Below are positions 51,965-63,390 of a stretch of DNA of 64,000 bases, in pieces. Position 1 is the first letter of the stretch; each line of letters begins with the position of its first letter. The position numbers and the translations under genes are program-made. Source of the DNA: Octopus sinensis (Eukaryota); contig NC_043010.1 of the NCBI RefSeq assembly GCF_006345805.1, positions 34,720,001-34,784,000 of the forward strand. Direction: 5' to 3'. Below the pieces are notes generated by a model, which was not told the origin of the DNA, did not search any database, and was given only the letters and a program-made list of their open reading frames with translations.

Positions 51965-52811
51965 ATATATATATATATAAACACACACACACACACACAT
52001 ACATAATTATACATACATACATGATTATTTTGTTTGAGGATGTAGTATCTGACTGCCACAGGTGTACAAAATATCCCAAGCATCACATCAAGCTTAATTG
52101 GTCCTTAAATGGGGGTGGGATCTATCAGTATGCGCCATGCAGTCTTACTCATAGGCTCTAGACAAGTGCAAGGATTTTTTTCTTTTTTTTTCCCAGTAAA
52201 TAAGAGAATATGAGTCTGATATGCATGCTAGGCAGGATTTGAACTCTAACCATAAAGAAATAAATAAGATAAGGTATTATGTCTAACACTTTATCAATTC
52301 TACCATCTGCCCATTGTGTGTGTGTGTGTATTCAGGCTTGACTGTCTTGTTCAGAACACAGTATGGCATCTTAAACAAGTCTCTTCTGCTATAGCTTTGG
52401 GCTCACCAATGTCTTGTAAGTGAAGTTTGGGAGACTAAACTTTGTGGAAGCCAGTTGTACATATGTGTGAGGTGTGTTTCTCTGTACTTGTTTAAACATT
52501 GGCACCATTTAAGCAACCAGTATTCCATGTTTATGTCTTGTAACTTAGCAGTTTGACAAATAATAAGCAATAAATTACATGCCTGACTTGAATATAAATA
52601 CTAGGATTAATATGATTAATGTAACTTTTCTCTCTCTCGCACATCTATACATACACATATATATGGGTACATATACAGATACATGCATATATATATATAT
52701 ATTTATGTATGCATGCACACACATACATAAATACATATATGTCTTCATATGCACACGCACAACTATATTTACAATATTATTCATTGAATATAGATTATTT
52801 CCTTTTTCTTT

Positions 52812-52857
<46 letters not shown>

Positions 52858-53125
52858 TTAATAAGGGTGAGAGAATTAGATACTAATTTAATAGTATATC
52901 TATTCAACACCAAGTGGCCTAGTGCTCCGAGAAACCTGGATTATTATAATATTTTATAATATATTACAATATTTTTACAAAATAAATATAAGAGAGTGGT
53001 CACTATATGGCTCACTCTAGCACCAGTTAATCCAAAAGGTTTCAACCACAAAAATACATGTTTCCCATGAAAGTCAGTACGATTGTTAGCTCACACGGAC
53101 AGGGCAATAAAAAATAACAAAAATA

Positions 53126-53220
53126 CAGATTATTTTGGGACAATTGTTTCGCTATTAATGAATTAAATGTATTTTACTTACAAAAAAATCCACTTGTAGC
53201 TCGTCAGCCAAAACTATCTG
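53126..53220 (-). ncRNA. Type I hammerhead ribozyme, inverted copy (sense to the RUSC pre-mRNA)
   Basis: Reverse complement of the motif above; plus strand reads CAGATTATTTTGGGACAATTGTTTCGCTA...TAGCTCGTCAGCCAAAACTATCTG. Confidence 0.88.
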
Positions 53221-53806
53221 GATGAAATCCACTCAATCACACGCCAGATTTACCATAACGATAAATACGCGTGTGGTTCAATTGATTACATCCGACGTTA
53301 TAATTCAAATGCCCCAACTAACAGCGCGCCAAACTTTCACGGAAAACAAATACAGCATTTTAGAAATAAATGCAGCATAATTATAATTAATTAATAAGGG
53401 TGAGAGAATTAGATACTGACTTTCATGGGAAACATGTATTTTTGTGGTTGAAACCTTTTGGATTAACTGGTGCTAGAGTGAGCCATATAGTGACCACTCT
53501 CTTATATTTATTTTGTAAAAATATTGTCATATATTATAAAATATTATAATAATCCAGGTTTCTCGGAGCACTAGGCCACTTGGTGTTGAATAGATATACT
53601 ATTAAATTAGTATCTAATTCTCTCACCCTTATTAATTAATTATAATTATGCTGCATTTATTTCTAAAATGCTGTATTTGTTTTCCGTGAAAGTTTGGCGC
53701 GCTGTTAGTTGGGGCATTTGAATTATAACGTCGGATGTAATCAATTGAACCACACGCGTATTTATCGTTATGGTAAAATCTGGCGTGTGATTGAGTGGAT
53801 TTCATC

Positions 53807-53901
53807 CAGATAGTTTTGGCTGACGAGCTACAAGTGGATTTTTTTGTAAGTAAAATACATTTAATTCATTAATAGCGAAACAATTGTCCCAAAATAATCT
53901 G
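53807..53901 (+). ncRNA. Type I hammerhead ribozyme (predicted cleavage after 53888)
   Basis: Stem I CAGATAGTTTTGG/CCAAAATAATCTG; core CTGACGA (53820-53826); stem II GCTA/TAGC with a 42-nt loop; GAAA (53877-53880); palindromic stem III ACAATTGT; GTC triplet. Confidence 0.88.
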
Positions 53902-54339
53902 TATTTTTGTTATTTTTTATTTGCCCTGTCCGTGTGAGCTAACAATCGTACTGACTTTCATGGGAAACATGTATTTTTGTGGTTGAAACCTTTTGGATTA
54001 ACTGGTGCTAGAGTGAGCCATATAGTGACCACTCTCTTATATTTATTTTGTAAAAATATTGTAATATATTATAAAATATTATAATAATCCAGGTTTCTCG
54101 GAGCACTAGGCCACTTGGTGTTGAATAGATATACTATTAATTAGTATCTAATTCTCTCACCCTTATTAATTAATTATAATTATGCTGCATTTATTTCTAA
54201 AATGCTGTATTTGTTTTCCGTGAAAGTTTGGCGCGCTGTTAGTTGGGGCATTTGAATTATACGTCGGATGTAATCAATTGAACCACACGCGTATTTATCG
54301 TTATGGTAAAATCTGGCGTGTGATTGAGTGGATTTCATC

Positions 54340-54435
54340 CAGATAGTTTTGGCTGACGAGCTACAAGTGGATTTTTTTGTAAGTAAAATTACATTTAATT
54401 CATTAATAGCGAAACAATTGTCCCAAAATAATCTG
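54340..54435 (+). ncRNA. Type I hammerhead ribozyme, second tandem copy (predicted cleavage after 54422)
   Basis: Same core and helices as 53807-53901 (CTGACGA at 54353-54359, GAAA at 54411-54414). Confidence 0.88.
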
Positions 54436-54593
54436 TATTTTTGTTATTTTTTATTGCCCTGTCCGTGTGAGCTAACAATCGTACTGACTTTCATGGGAAA
54501 CATGTATTTTTGTGGTTGAAACCTTTTGGATTAACTGGTGCTAGAGTGAGCCATATAGTGACCACTCTCTTATATTTATTTTATATATATATA

Positions 54594-54627
<34 letters not shown>

Positions 54628-55635
54628 ATGTATAATCTTATCATATCAGCTTGATAAAACAACTAATTCTTTCTGCTTATCGAAACAGAACAATTGCAAA
54701 CACGCATTTCCTGATGTAACATTTATTCACGGAGATAAATATAAAATTACACACATACACACACAAAGCAAAGAAATTTAACTGAGCTTTGATGGTCACT
54801 GACCTATGCCACATTTAAAACACTAACATTTCCTCATTGCCAGGCGTTCAGCCAAAGTTGTACAGTGGTGCGGCAAGTTTGGTAGAATTACAACATTAAC
54901 TGATAGGAGTTTTGGAACATTTGAAGAAAAGTGAAACAAAATTTGTCTGCATTGTAAACAATAGTTCCACACTGCGACTCAGAAATGTGTTGGCAACATA
55001 ACCATTGCAAAGTGGCAAAACAGCATTGGTTTAGTAGTGTATATAAAGCTTAACCGTCACTCGTGAGTGAGTACAAACTGTTGCTTTCACTAATTGCTTT
55101 ATGTGGTTGCAAACAAACATAAATACTTTTCCCTTGGATCTCTCATGCTTAAACCAGCAGAGTATTGAGGATGTGACAGCTGGAAGAAAAGAAAGCTGCA
55201 CCAGCACTAGGATGGTTCTCATTTTACAGTTGAGTAAATTGGAGCAATGGGATGATGCGTGGCCCAGTGGTTGGGGTGTCATGATCACAAGATCATGATT
55301 TCAATGCCAGACAGGATGGTGCATTGTTTTCTTGAGCAAAACACTCAATTTTATGTTGTTCCATGGGAAGTTAACTCTGCAATGGACTAGTGTCTTGTTC
55401 AAGAGTGGGGGGGTGTTGTACAACCTTATGATTCCTTGAGGTCATGTCAGACCTAAGACAGGAGCAACATGAAATGAAGTGTGTTGCTCAAGGGCAAGTT
55501 TGGTAATTGCTGAGATTTCTCTCAGTATGAAACCAATGGTAGCCTTGTTACCCCACTAACCCACTGAAAAAGAATATTCATCCACAAATGTGGTGTTGAG
55601 CACTCATTCTCACTGTTCAGTATTAGCAAATACAT

Positions 55636-55715
<80 letters not shown>

Positions 55716-55718
<3 letters not shown>

Positions 55719-55945
55719 CATACTAATTAAGAGGAATGACCACCAAAGTGGATTTCTAGTTTTTCTTGAGAACACACTCTTCATGGTAAGGCGATTTGAC
55801 GTATATCTTTAGCATATTAGGAATCCACTTTGGTGGACATTCCTCTTAATTTGTATGTAATATAATTTTTAATCTTCGGATTATTTTAAATATGCTAAGC
55901 CACCAGTTTTAATTGATTAATATTAATTTCTACCTTCATTATTTA
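55716..55945. repeat. Hairpin plus tail element of the same family as 7474-7697
   Basis: Arms 55716-55758 and 55818-55860. Tail TTTTAATCTTC.GATT...AATATGCTA..CCAC..GTTTTAATTGAT.AATATT.ATTTCTACC is shared. Flanked by (TA)n. Confidence 0.75.
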
Positions 55946-57122
55946 ATATATATATATAGTAAACAGATGATTGTGTTACATCACTTTATTAAAGGTTATG
56001 ATCTTTTCAATTGCCAGTGGAACCAACTCCTGAATTTACACACTAATTCGTACATATAAATATTATGTATTCATTTTGATTCTCTTTAATCCCTACTTTC
56101 TCTCTGTATGTGTCTGAGTTGGCAAAAATTACACATGATGGTGATAAATTACCCATATGGCGTTATGAAGGGCATCCAGCTGTAGAAACCCTGCCAGATC
56201 AGATTGGAGCCTAGTGCAGCCATCTGGTTTGCCAGTCCTCAGTCAAACCATCCAACCCATGCTAGCATGGAAAACGATGATGATGATGAAACAGTGGTGT
56301 CAAAACAAAATACCTTACTGTATTTATTATATCTAAGCTGTACATGTATTCCCTTAGCACTGACTTCATTGAAAATGCAGTAAACCAGTGATTAGTGTGT
56401 GGGAAAGATATAACTAATGACATTACTGTTTGCAATTATACAATATAAAGTAAATTTTAAGAAGTGGATATGGATGGTGTATGTGTGTGTGTGTGTATGT
56501 GTGAGAGAGAGAGAGAACATGTGAGTACATTTTTACAAACAAATACATTATAAGATGTGTGTGTGTGTATGTGTGAGTGTGTGTGCTTGTGTATGAATGT
56601 GTCTGTATACTTTATTTACTCCATGATTAAGACCACAGCATGGTTTCAAGGCTGTATCCAAGTAGATATTAATCTGATTAGATATGGTGATCTTTAATGG
56701 ATATTTCACTGAATATGCTGGGATTATCAACTAGATGAATACTGTTACAAAGCAACCATTGTATGTGTTTGAGTATGTATGAGTGTATATACACACGCAT
56801 ACAAATACACACTTATGTACACATATATACTCTCATAAACACACACACACATGTATATATTCATTTGATTGACCGATTCCCCTATTTTTCATTTGCTCAC
56901 TCTATCACACTACAAGTAAATCAACATTTCCAATAAAAATAAAGAAAAGCTACAATTATTGAGCACATTTTTCTGTTTGTAAACTCAAAACACACATGTA
57001 CTGGTTTTTGTTCTTCCCAAAAAGACCACACATAGTAAATAACTCTGAATAGCATTTGAATGAATCATCAACTTTGAACAAATAAACAAACTCAACTATC
57101 TGTATTGAGTACTCTTTCATTT

Positions 57123-57472
57123 ACATTATTTACATTGGATGGATATGTGTCCTCATCTTGTTTGTTGTTAACACAACGTTTTGGCTGATATACTTTCCAG
57201 CGTTCATCATGGTTAAGAGCACAGGCAACTAACCCCAAGATTCCAAGTTCAGTTCTAGGCAGTGCCTTGATTAAATAATAACAAATAGTAACATCAGCAA
57301 AAAATACCTCAGGAATGAGAACCCAGGGTTGGGTTCAAAATGACACCAGGACACCTGATGAAGGCTGGAGAGTAAATTAGCTGAAACGTTGTGATGACAA
57401 CAAACAAGATCAGGACACATATCCGCCCAATGTAAATAATGTACAGAATTCTTCATCTCTAAAATATGGAAC
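57123..57472 (+). mobile_element. Short Penelope-like insertion: inverted pLTR-like arms, ~29-bp tail, minimal hammerhead motif, 15-bp TSD
   Basis: Arms ~57123-57212 and ~57352-57443. Direct repeat AGTACTCTTTCATTT at 57108-57122 and 57473-57487. ACAC CTGATGA AGGCTG...TAGCT GAAAC GTT GTG at 57351-57393. Confidence 0.75.
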
Positions 57473-57604
57473 AGTACTCTTTCATTTGTTTGCACAACCC
57501 AGGATGTTCACACGGAATCCCTCCTGCTGTGCACACACACCAGAGACAGTAACACTACAGGAAAATAGAACAAATTAACTATGCATGCATATACGTGTAA
57601 TTAC

Positions 57605-57782
57605 CTGGTTCTGCAGATGCTTCTGCTACTCTCCACACTGTGATATGGACTCTCCCAAATACATGCAGACCAGATTCATATGACTTCAGGCCATTGTTAA
57701 TCACTTGAGCTACAGCAGGGCACAATCGGGATAGCACCAAATCTCCAATTTCAGGAGTTTCTACAGAACTGCCAAGACGAAG
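57605..57782 (-). CDS. RUSC2: RUSC-like exon, RUN domain
   Basis: 178 nt, phase 0/1, TTTCAG acceptor, G|GTAATT donor. LRLGSSVETPEIGDLVLSRLCPAVAQVINNGLK...VWRVAEAS contains the RUN LCxxxxxxxxxGLK and W motifs. Confidence 0.92.
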
Positions 57783-58558
57783 CTGAAAATCAAAAAGAGA
57801 ATGGCAACTGAAAGATTCTGTTTTGTTAGACTGGCACAACAAAGATTAGACTAGTTTCTTGTGGTTTAGCTCAGCCTAATATAAATAGAAGATAGATCTG
57901 CATGGTGTCACAACCATCTGTCTTAGAATAGAATTGGATAACTTAAGTCTCAGAAATATTGTTTGCAAAAATATGATAGTCTCAGCTGGAATGACCTTTG
58001 ATCCCACTACAATTGGATCAGGATCAAGTAGGCATTATTAAGTAATTAAATCTACTTTGGGTATTACTGGAGTTTGAATTAACCATTTTGTTACCTTTTT
58101 TTTGTTGAAATACATGAATTTTGTTTCAATTAATTTTGAAAATAATGAAGAAGAAAAGAAAAGGAATTAGCATTTGATAGAATACCTTGGTGTCTGTGTG
58201 TGTGTGTATGTTTGTGTCATGGACTCTCCTGGCATAAACAACAGACAAGGGTTCTGCAATTTCTTAATGAACAACTAGCACAGATGATATGTTTATTGTC
58301 ATCAACATCAACTCAACATTGTCTGCACAGGTTCATAGTGTGTCCCATGTCAAAGAGATTGCAGAGCAATATGAGATTAAGTTGTTTTTGCTCAAGAACA
58401 CAACACACTGCCTAGCCTGGGAATCAAACCCACAACCTCGTGATTGCAAGTTCAACTCCCTAACAACTAAGCTACATACCATCACTTACACACACACACA
58501 CTACGTTACATACTATATGATAACAGTAATTGATAGACTGGTGACCTAATATACTAAC

Positions 58559-58635
58559 CTTATCAAATGGATCTTTGCTCTTGGAAAAATGATCAACTAA
58601 AGCTTCTGCTGCTTTGGATACCTCTGCTAGCATGG
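58559..58635 (-). CDS. RUSC2: RUSC-like exon, start of RUN domain
   Basis: 77 nt, phase 1/0, donor AAG|GTTAGT. AMLAEVSKAAEALVDHFSKSKDPFDK resembles the RUSC RUN N-terminal helix as I recall it. Confidence 0.88.
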
Positions 58636-58739
58636 CTGAAAAAGAAATGACATTTGTATGTGATATATGATTAAGATACAAATTAGTGTCCAAAGGTAGG
58701 GCTTATAATATCTTCATTATTTATATTAAAGTTACACAG

Positions 58740-58788
<49 letters not shown>

Positions 58789-58889
58789 GCAATATCCTCA
58801 ATACAGCTTATATGTTGGAAGAATATAGAATTTTAAGACTGACTGAATCAGATTGTAGTTCTGAGTATGTATAAATTTTCACTCATTCA

Positions 58890-58934
<45 letters not shown>

Positions 58935-59363
58935 TTGTTTGCTTTTACATCTGTTTTCCAGGCTTGAAACTTGGAAGGGTGTGATGATTATGTTACTGAA
59001 GCACTGTTTTACAGCCAGATGCCCTTCCTGTTGGCCATTGACTGTATAAGATAAGTGTCAAGAAATTGACAATACTAGATCAAAGTTGACCAATTAATAG
59101 TAGTCAATCAATGTTGGCTGGTTAATCAATGTTGACCAGCCAACAGTGGCAGATGAAATTAGGCCAACTAACAGTATTTGACCAAAGCTGACCAAATGTC
59201 AGTGAGATCAAAATTGACCAAGTGGCATGGTCAGAGTAAATTTGACCAATCTACAGTGATGGACCAAAGTTTACAGATCAGCTGTATTGCAATGAAATCA
59301 GAATTACAATTCGTTCCCCAAGACCGATAAGACTAAATAACAAATCTAAAAACCATAGTTTAC

Positions 59364-59507
59364 CAGATTTCTTCTCCAATTCTTTCTTGCCCATTGATCT
59401 AGGTGGGGTTGGGGGTTGGTCCCTGTCTTCTGACCCCTTATCTTTGCCAAAGGTTCCTTCAGCTGAATTTTGGTCTTGGTTATGTATATCTCGAGGAACC
59501 GGGAAAG
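59364..59507 (-). CDS. RUSC2: RUN and SH3 domain-containing protein (RUSC/iporin-like), most 5' exon identified (gene is 5'-partial)
   Basis: Polypyrimidine tract plus CAG acceptor, donor G|GTAAAC, 144 nt, phase 1/1. Encodes FPVPRDIH...KKELEKKS, which runs in frame into the RUN domain. Confidence 0.75.
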
Positions 59508-61652
59508 CTGAAAGAACAAAAAAGAACAAAATGAAGAGAAATAAGAAATAAGAAATAAGAAAACAAAAAAAGAGAAAAAGCTAAAACATTAGACTGAGAA
59601 AAGGCAAAAATGGCCAATATATTGGGGAAGAAATATGAGATGTTGTGATGATCATGCCTTCTCCAAGAACATTAGTGATGTAGTTGATGCAAATGTGAAT
59701 TTGCATCAACCAAAACTTGAAACCAGACAAGATACCAGTCTATGAAAGGATGAGTCGGTGTAAATATATTTGTTTAAATCAACACCAGTAGATTTTACTG
59801 GTAGTTGTTTTAACTGCCAATTAGATTGGCAAGAAAACATGGAAAATTGATGGCAGAATTGGCAGAATGAGAATAAAATGCCTTCCAGTATTAACTGTAT
59901 TCATCTGTTTATTAAGGTGCAATAAAATCAACCAGTGTCTTATAAACACCAAGTCTGTCAAACTTGAAGTCTCTTTTATAAGACACCAAATATAATAATT
60001 AAATTTAATGTTTTGAATTCAAATCTCTGTTGAGATTGATTTTGTCTTTCATTCTCCTGGTGGGAATGATAAAAGCAGTATAGAGTTACTCTTTCTGTGA
60101 CCAAGGTAGTCAAAGAAGAAGTCAACGCCACCACCATCATTATCATTGTGTTAATGTCCACTTTTCCATGCCCTTCCTGTTGCTAATCCTCACTTATTTC
60201 CAAGCAAGGTAATGCTTCCCCAGAGACAAACATGTTTTCACAGAATATTGGAAATGAATGACACAGCTTGTATGACAATGATACTCATTCACAACTATCA
60301 CACAACATCAACACACACCCTTCTATATATGATAGGCTTCCTTCAGTTTCTCTGCCCAAGTTGCCATGCAGACAGATTGAACCCAAAACCATGTGGTTTG
60401 AAAAACTAACTTCTTAACCACACAGCAACATACACACACACACACACACACACACAAGCAAACACATTCACTCTGAAAAATTCAAAATGCTGGATTTTAT
60501 ACATTCATGGCAAATCAACTCGCCGTAATTAATTTTTTTTGTTTTACAAGTTTTTCTAAAAAAAGAAATCTATTGATTAAATTATGTCTAGGACAAGGAC
60601 CATCAATGACCTTAGACTGCGGATCTTATCTTATTCAAGTATCTGAGTTGACTGAATCAACTGCATCCTAACCTTCCCTAAAATAAATGGCTTTGTACCA
60701 CTAAAGATGACCATTATAAAGGGGGAGAAAAAGAAATACTGCTACCACCTCTCCCACCCTCACATGACCACGACCCTCTGGCAAACATCACCACCACAAA
60801 ATTAGTAGAACAAGACGAAAGGCCTTATAGCATTCAGTTACATAACTATGCATTCTGAGTTCAAATTCCACCCGAGTCATTTCAGTTTCCAATCTCTTCT
60901 CATACAAAAGTCAATAGGCCAAGTACCAGTAATACACTGCAATTAGTTTTGATAATAGAATCAGTAGAGTGTCAAACAAACTGCTTGAATTCTGCTGGTG
61001 CCAATTTAAATTTTCAACTTTTTGATGTCAATAAAATAAAAGTCAACAAACGACTCATAACCTTCGGTCTATTTAAGTTGGTTGCTTTCGATTAATGTTA
61101 AAAATCGATGTATATTATGTATATGTGTATGTGTGTGTGTGTGCACATGTGTGTCTCTGTGCACGTGTTATTTATGTGAGATAAACAGACAACATATGCA
61201 GACTTGTTTTGTGGTGTCTATTTTTCTCACATAAATTAACATATATTTGATTGACAACACAAAGCTATACTAAAGAGTTTTATGTTGGTGTGCTACAAAA
61301 TAAAATGTTTGCAAATGTTATTTTATTACTGCAAATACACACACACACACATACATACATACATATAGATAGATAGATAGACAGACAGACAGATAGGTAA
61401 ATAGATAGATATAGATATATATAGAGTTAAGCAAATTAAACAGATCATATTTATCTCTATATCATTTGGACTGTGTAAGTTGGACCGTATTATATGTATA
61501 CATACATACATCTTTAGTTTCATCTATTTAATATACTTTATTTATTTATCTGTCTAATTTGCTTATCTCAAAATTTACTCCTGTAACCACCCAAGTTTAA
61601 ATCTCTTGAGCACTACAAAGTGTATACAGAGAATATCTTCATCTCATCTATG

Positions 61653-61705
<53 letters not shown>

Positions 61706-61706
<1 letters not shown>

Positions 61707-62093
61707 TCTTTATTTGTTTCAGTCATTTGACTGTGGCCATGCTGGAGCATCGCCTTTAGTCGAGCAAATCGACCCCAGGATTTATTCTTTGTAAGCCTAG
61801 TACATATTCTATCGGTCTCTTTTGCCGCACCGCTAAGTTACAGGGACATAAACACACAAGCACCGGTTGTCAAGCGATGTTGTGGGTGGGGGGACAAACA
61901 CAGACACACAAACATACATATATATATATACATATATGCAACAGGCTCTTTTCAGTTTCCATCTACCAAATCCACTCACAAGGCTTTGGTCGGCCTGAGG
62001 CTATAGTAGAAGACACTTGCCCAAGGTGCCACGCAGTGGAACTGAACCCGGGACCATGTGGTTTGTAAGCAAGCTACTTACCACACAGCCACT
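61706..62093 (-). mobile_element. tRNA-derived SINE, same family as 13751-14154
   Basis: Reverse complement aligns by eye over head, microsatellite and tail. Confidence 0.85.
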
Positions 62094-62107
62094 CATATAT
62101 ATATATG

Positions 62108-62191
<84 letters not shown>

Positions 62192-62202
62192 ATATATATA
62201 TA

Positions 62203-62242
<40 letters not shown>

Positions 62243-62917
62243 ATATACTCATAAATACACAGACACATGCATAAAATGTATAGTAAGTGATGGCATAAAA
62301 GACATACAATCATATTAGCTGCACCACAATTTCAACAGTACATATTCAGGAACAAAGATTTTAATGCATTAAATTTATAGGAGGCCCAGCTTTGTGTATA
62401 AGACATGTGTGGTTTCTTTGCAGACAAAGTTTTGGGAAAAAGTGTGTTTTATATGCCATCAAACATGGTACTTAGAGCAAGTTTTATAAACATTTTGGTC
62501 TGAGAGTTAGCAGTAAAAATTTACATCCCATGTAATTTATATTACTAAGTCAACTGATCAAAAGAGATCTTACAGCACAGTATTTAACCATGTGAGTGTA
62601 GAGTCATCTGGGTTAATAAAACATTAATTAGTCTCACAGAGACGCTTACGGGTTTATTATGGTGACTGCATGAATGGATGAGACAAAAAGCATGTGTCAA
62701 CCTTGACATTCCCAGGTAGCAGCAATGCTGCTCTCAGCACAGCTAAAATGATTGGTATTGTTCAAAGTCACTGAAATTGTGATCTCTGGTTTGAACAAGG
62801 GAGTGTTGCACAGTGCAAGCTTTATGCAAACTATCTATCAATTTATCTACCTGCAAATTTATGTGAATACATTACTTATGTCTACTACTGTTTGTGCCTT
62901 TTCTGCTTTTGTATACA

Positions 62918-62954
<37 letters not shown>

Positions 62955-62957
<3 letters not shown>

Positions 62958-63113
62958 AAAAAAGGAGATGTCGAACACGAGTGGTGATATATAAAAAAGG
63001 AAATGAAGAAAATGCTGACAAATAATTGAAGTAATTTAAGTAATTTAATTATTAAATTACTTAAATTACTTCAATTATTTGTCAGCATTTTCTTCATTTC
63101 CTTTTTTATATAT
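62955..63113. repeat. Perfect palindrome (63-bp arms, 1-nt spacer at 63050) with ~32-bp tail, in (TA)n
   Basis: 62987-63049 is the exact reverse complement of 63051-63113, preceded by TTAAAAAAAGGAGATGTCGAACACGAGTGGTG. Confidence 0.85.
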
Positions 63114-63187
63114 ATATATATATATACATACACACACAAACATACACACATGCGTGTGTGTGATATTAAACATATTACACATACATA

Positions 63188-63390
63188 GGGTGGCGAGCTG
63201 GCAGAAATGTTAGCATGCTGGGCAAAATGCTTAGCTATATTTTGTCTGTCTTTACGTTTTAAGTTCAAATTCCACCGAGGTCGAAGTTTGCCTTTCACCC
63301 TTTCAGGGTTGATAAATTAAGTACCAGTTGTGTACTGGGGTCGATCTAATTGACTGGGCCCCTCCAAAAAAACTTCAGGCATTGTTTCCA
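63188..63390 (+). mobile_element. SINE of the GCCTTTCATCC family
   Basis: GGTGGCGAGCTGGCAGAAATGTTAGC...AGTTCAAATTCCACCGAGG...GATAAATTAAGTACCAG. Many older copies lie on - at about 25410-25950, 34860-35070, 36090-37560 and 43500-43960. Confidence 0.8.

Larger units (their letters stand above)
52853..54582. mobile_element. Hammerhead-containing tandem/inverted ~533-bp repeat array (retrozyme / Penelope-like pseudo-LTR insertion) in (TA)n
   Basis: ATAAGGGTGAGAG recurs at 52861 and 53394. After an inversion at 53414-53417, TACTGACTTTCATGGG recurs at 53414, 53949 and 54482. Copies are near-identical, have no credible ORF, and are flanked by (TA)n on both sides. Confidence 0.85.

Noticed and set aside
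54328-54519. 63-aa ORF inside the ribozyme array
   Set aside because: GTG start, depends on a single-base indel not shared by the other copies, and has no recognisable motif.
59080-59270. Repeated TTGACCA motif
   Set aside because: Irregular, highly degenerate intronic tandem repeat with no definable unit or evident function.
62650-62850. Possible further upstream RUSC exon on - (TTTGCAG acceptor, CCC|GTAAGC donor)
   Set aside because: The frame needed to join the phase-1 exon at 59507 has stops (TAA TAA). It could be a non-coding exon of a short isoform but cannot be supported without transcripts.
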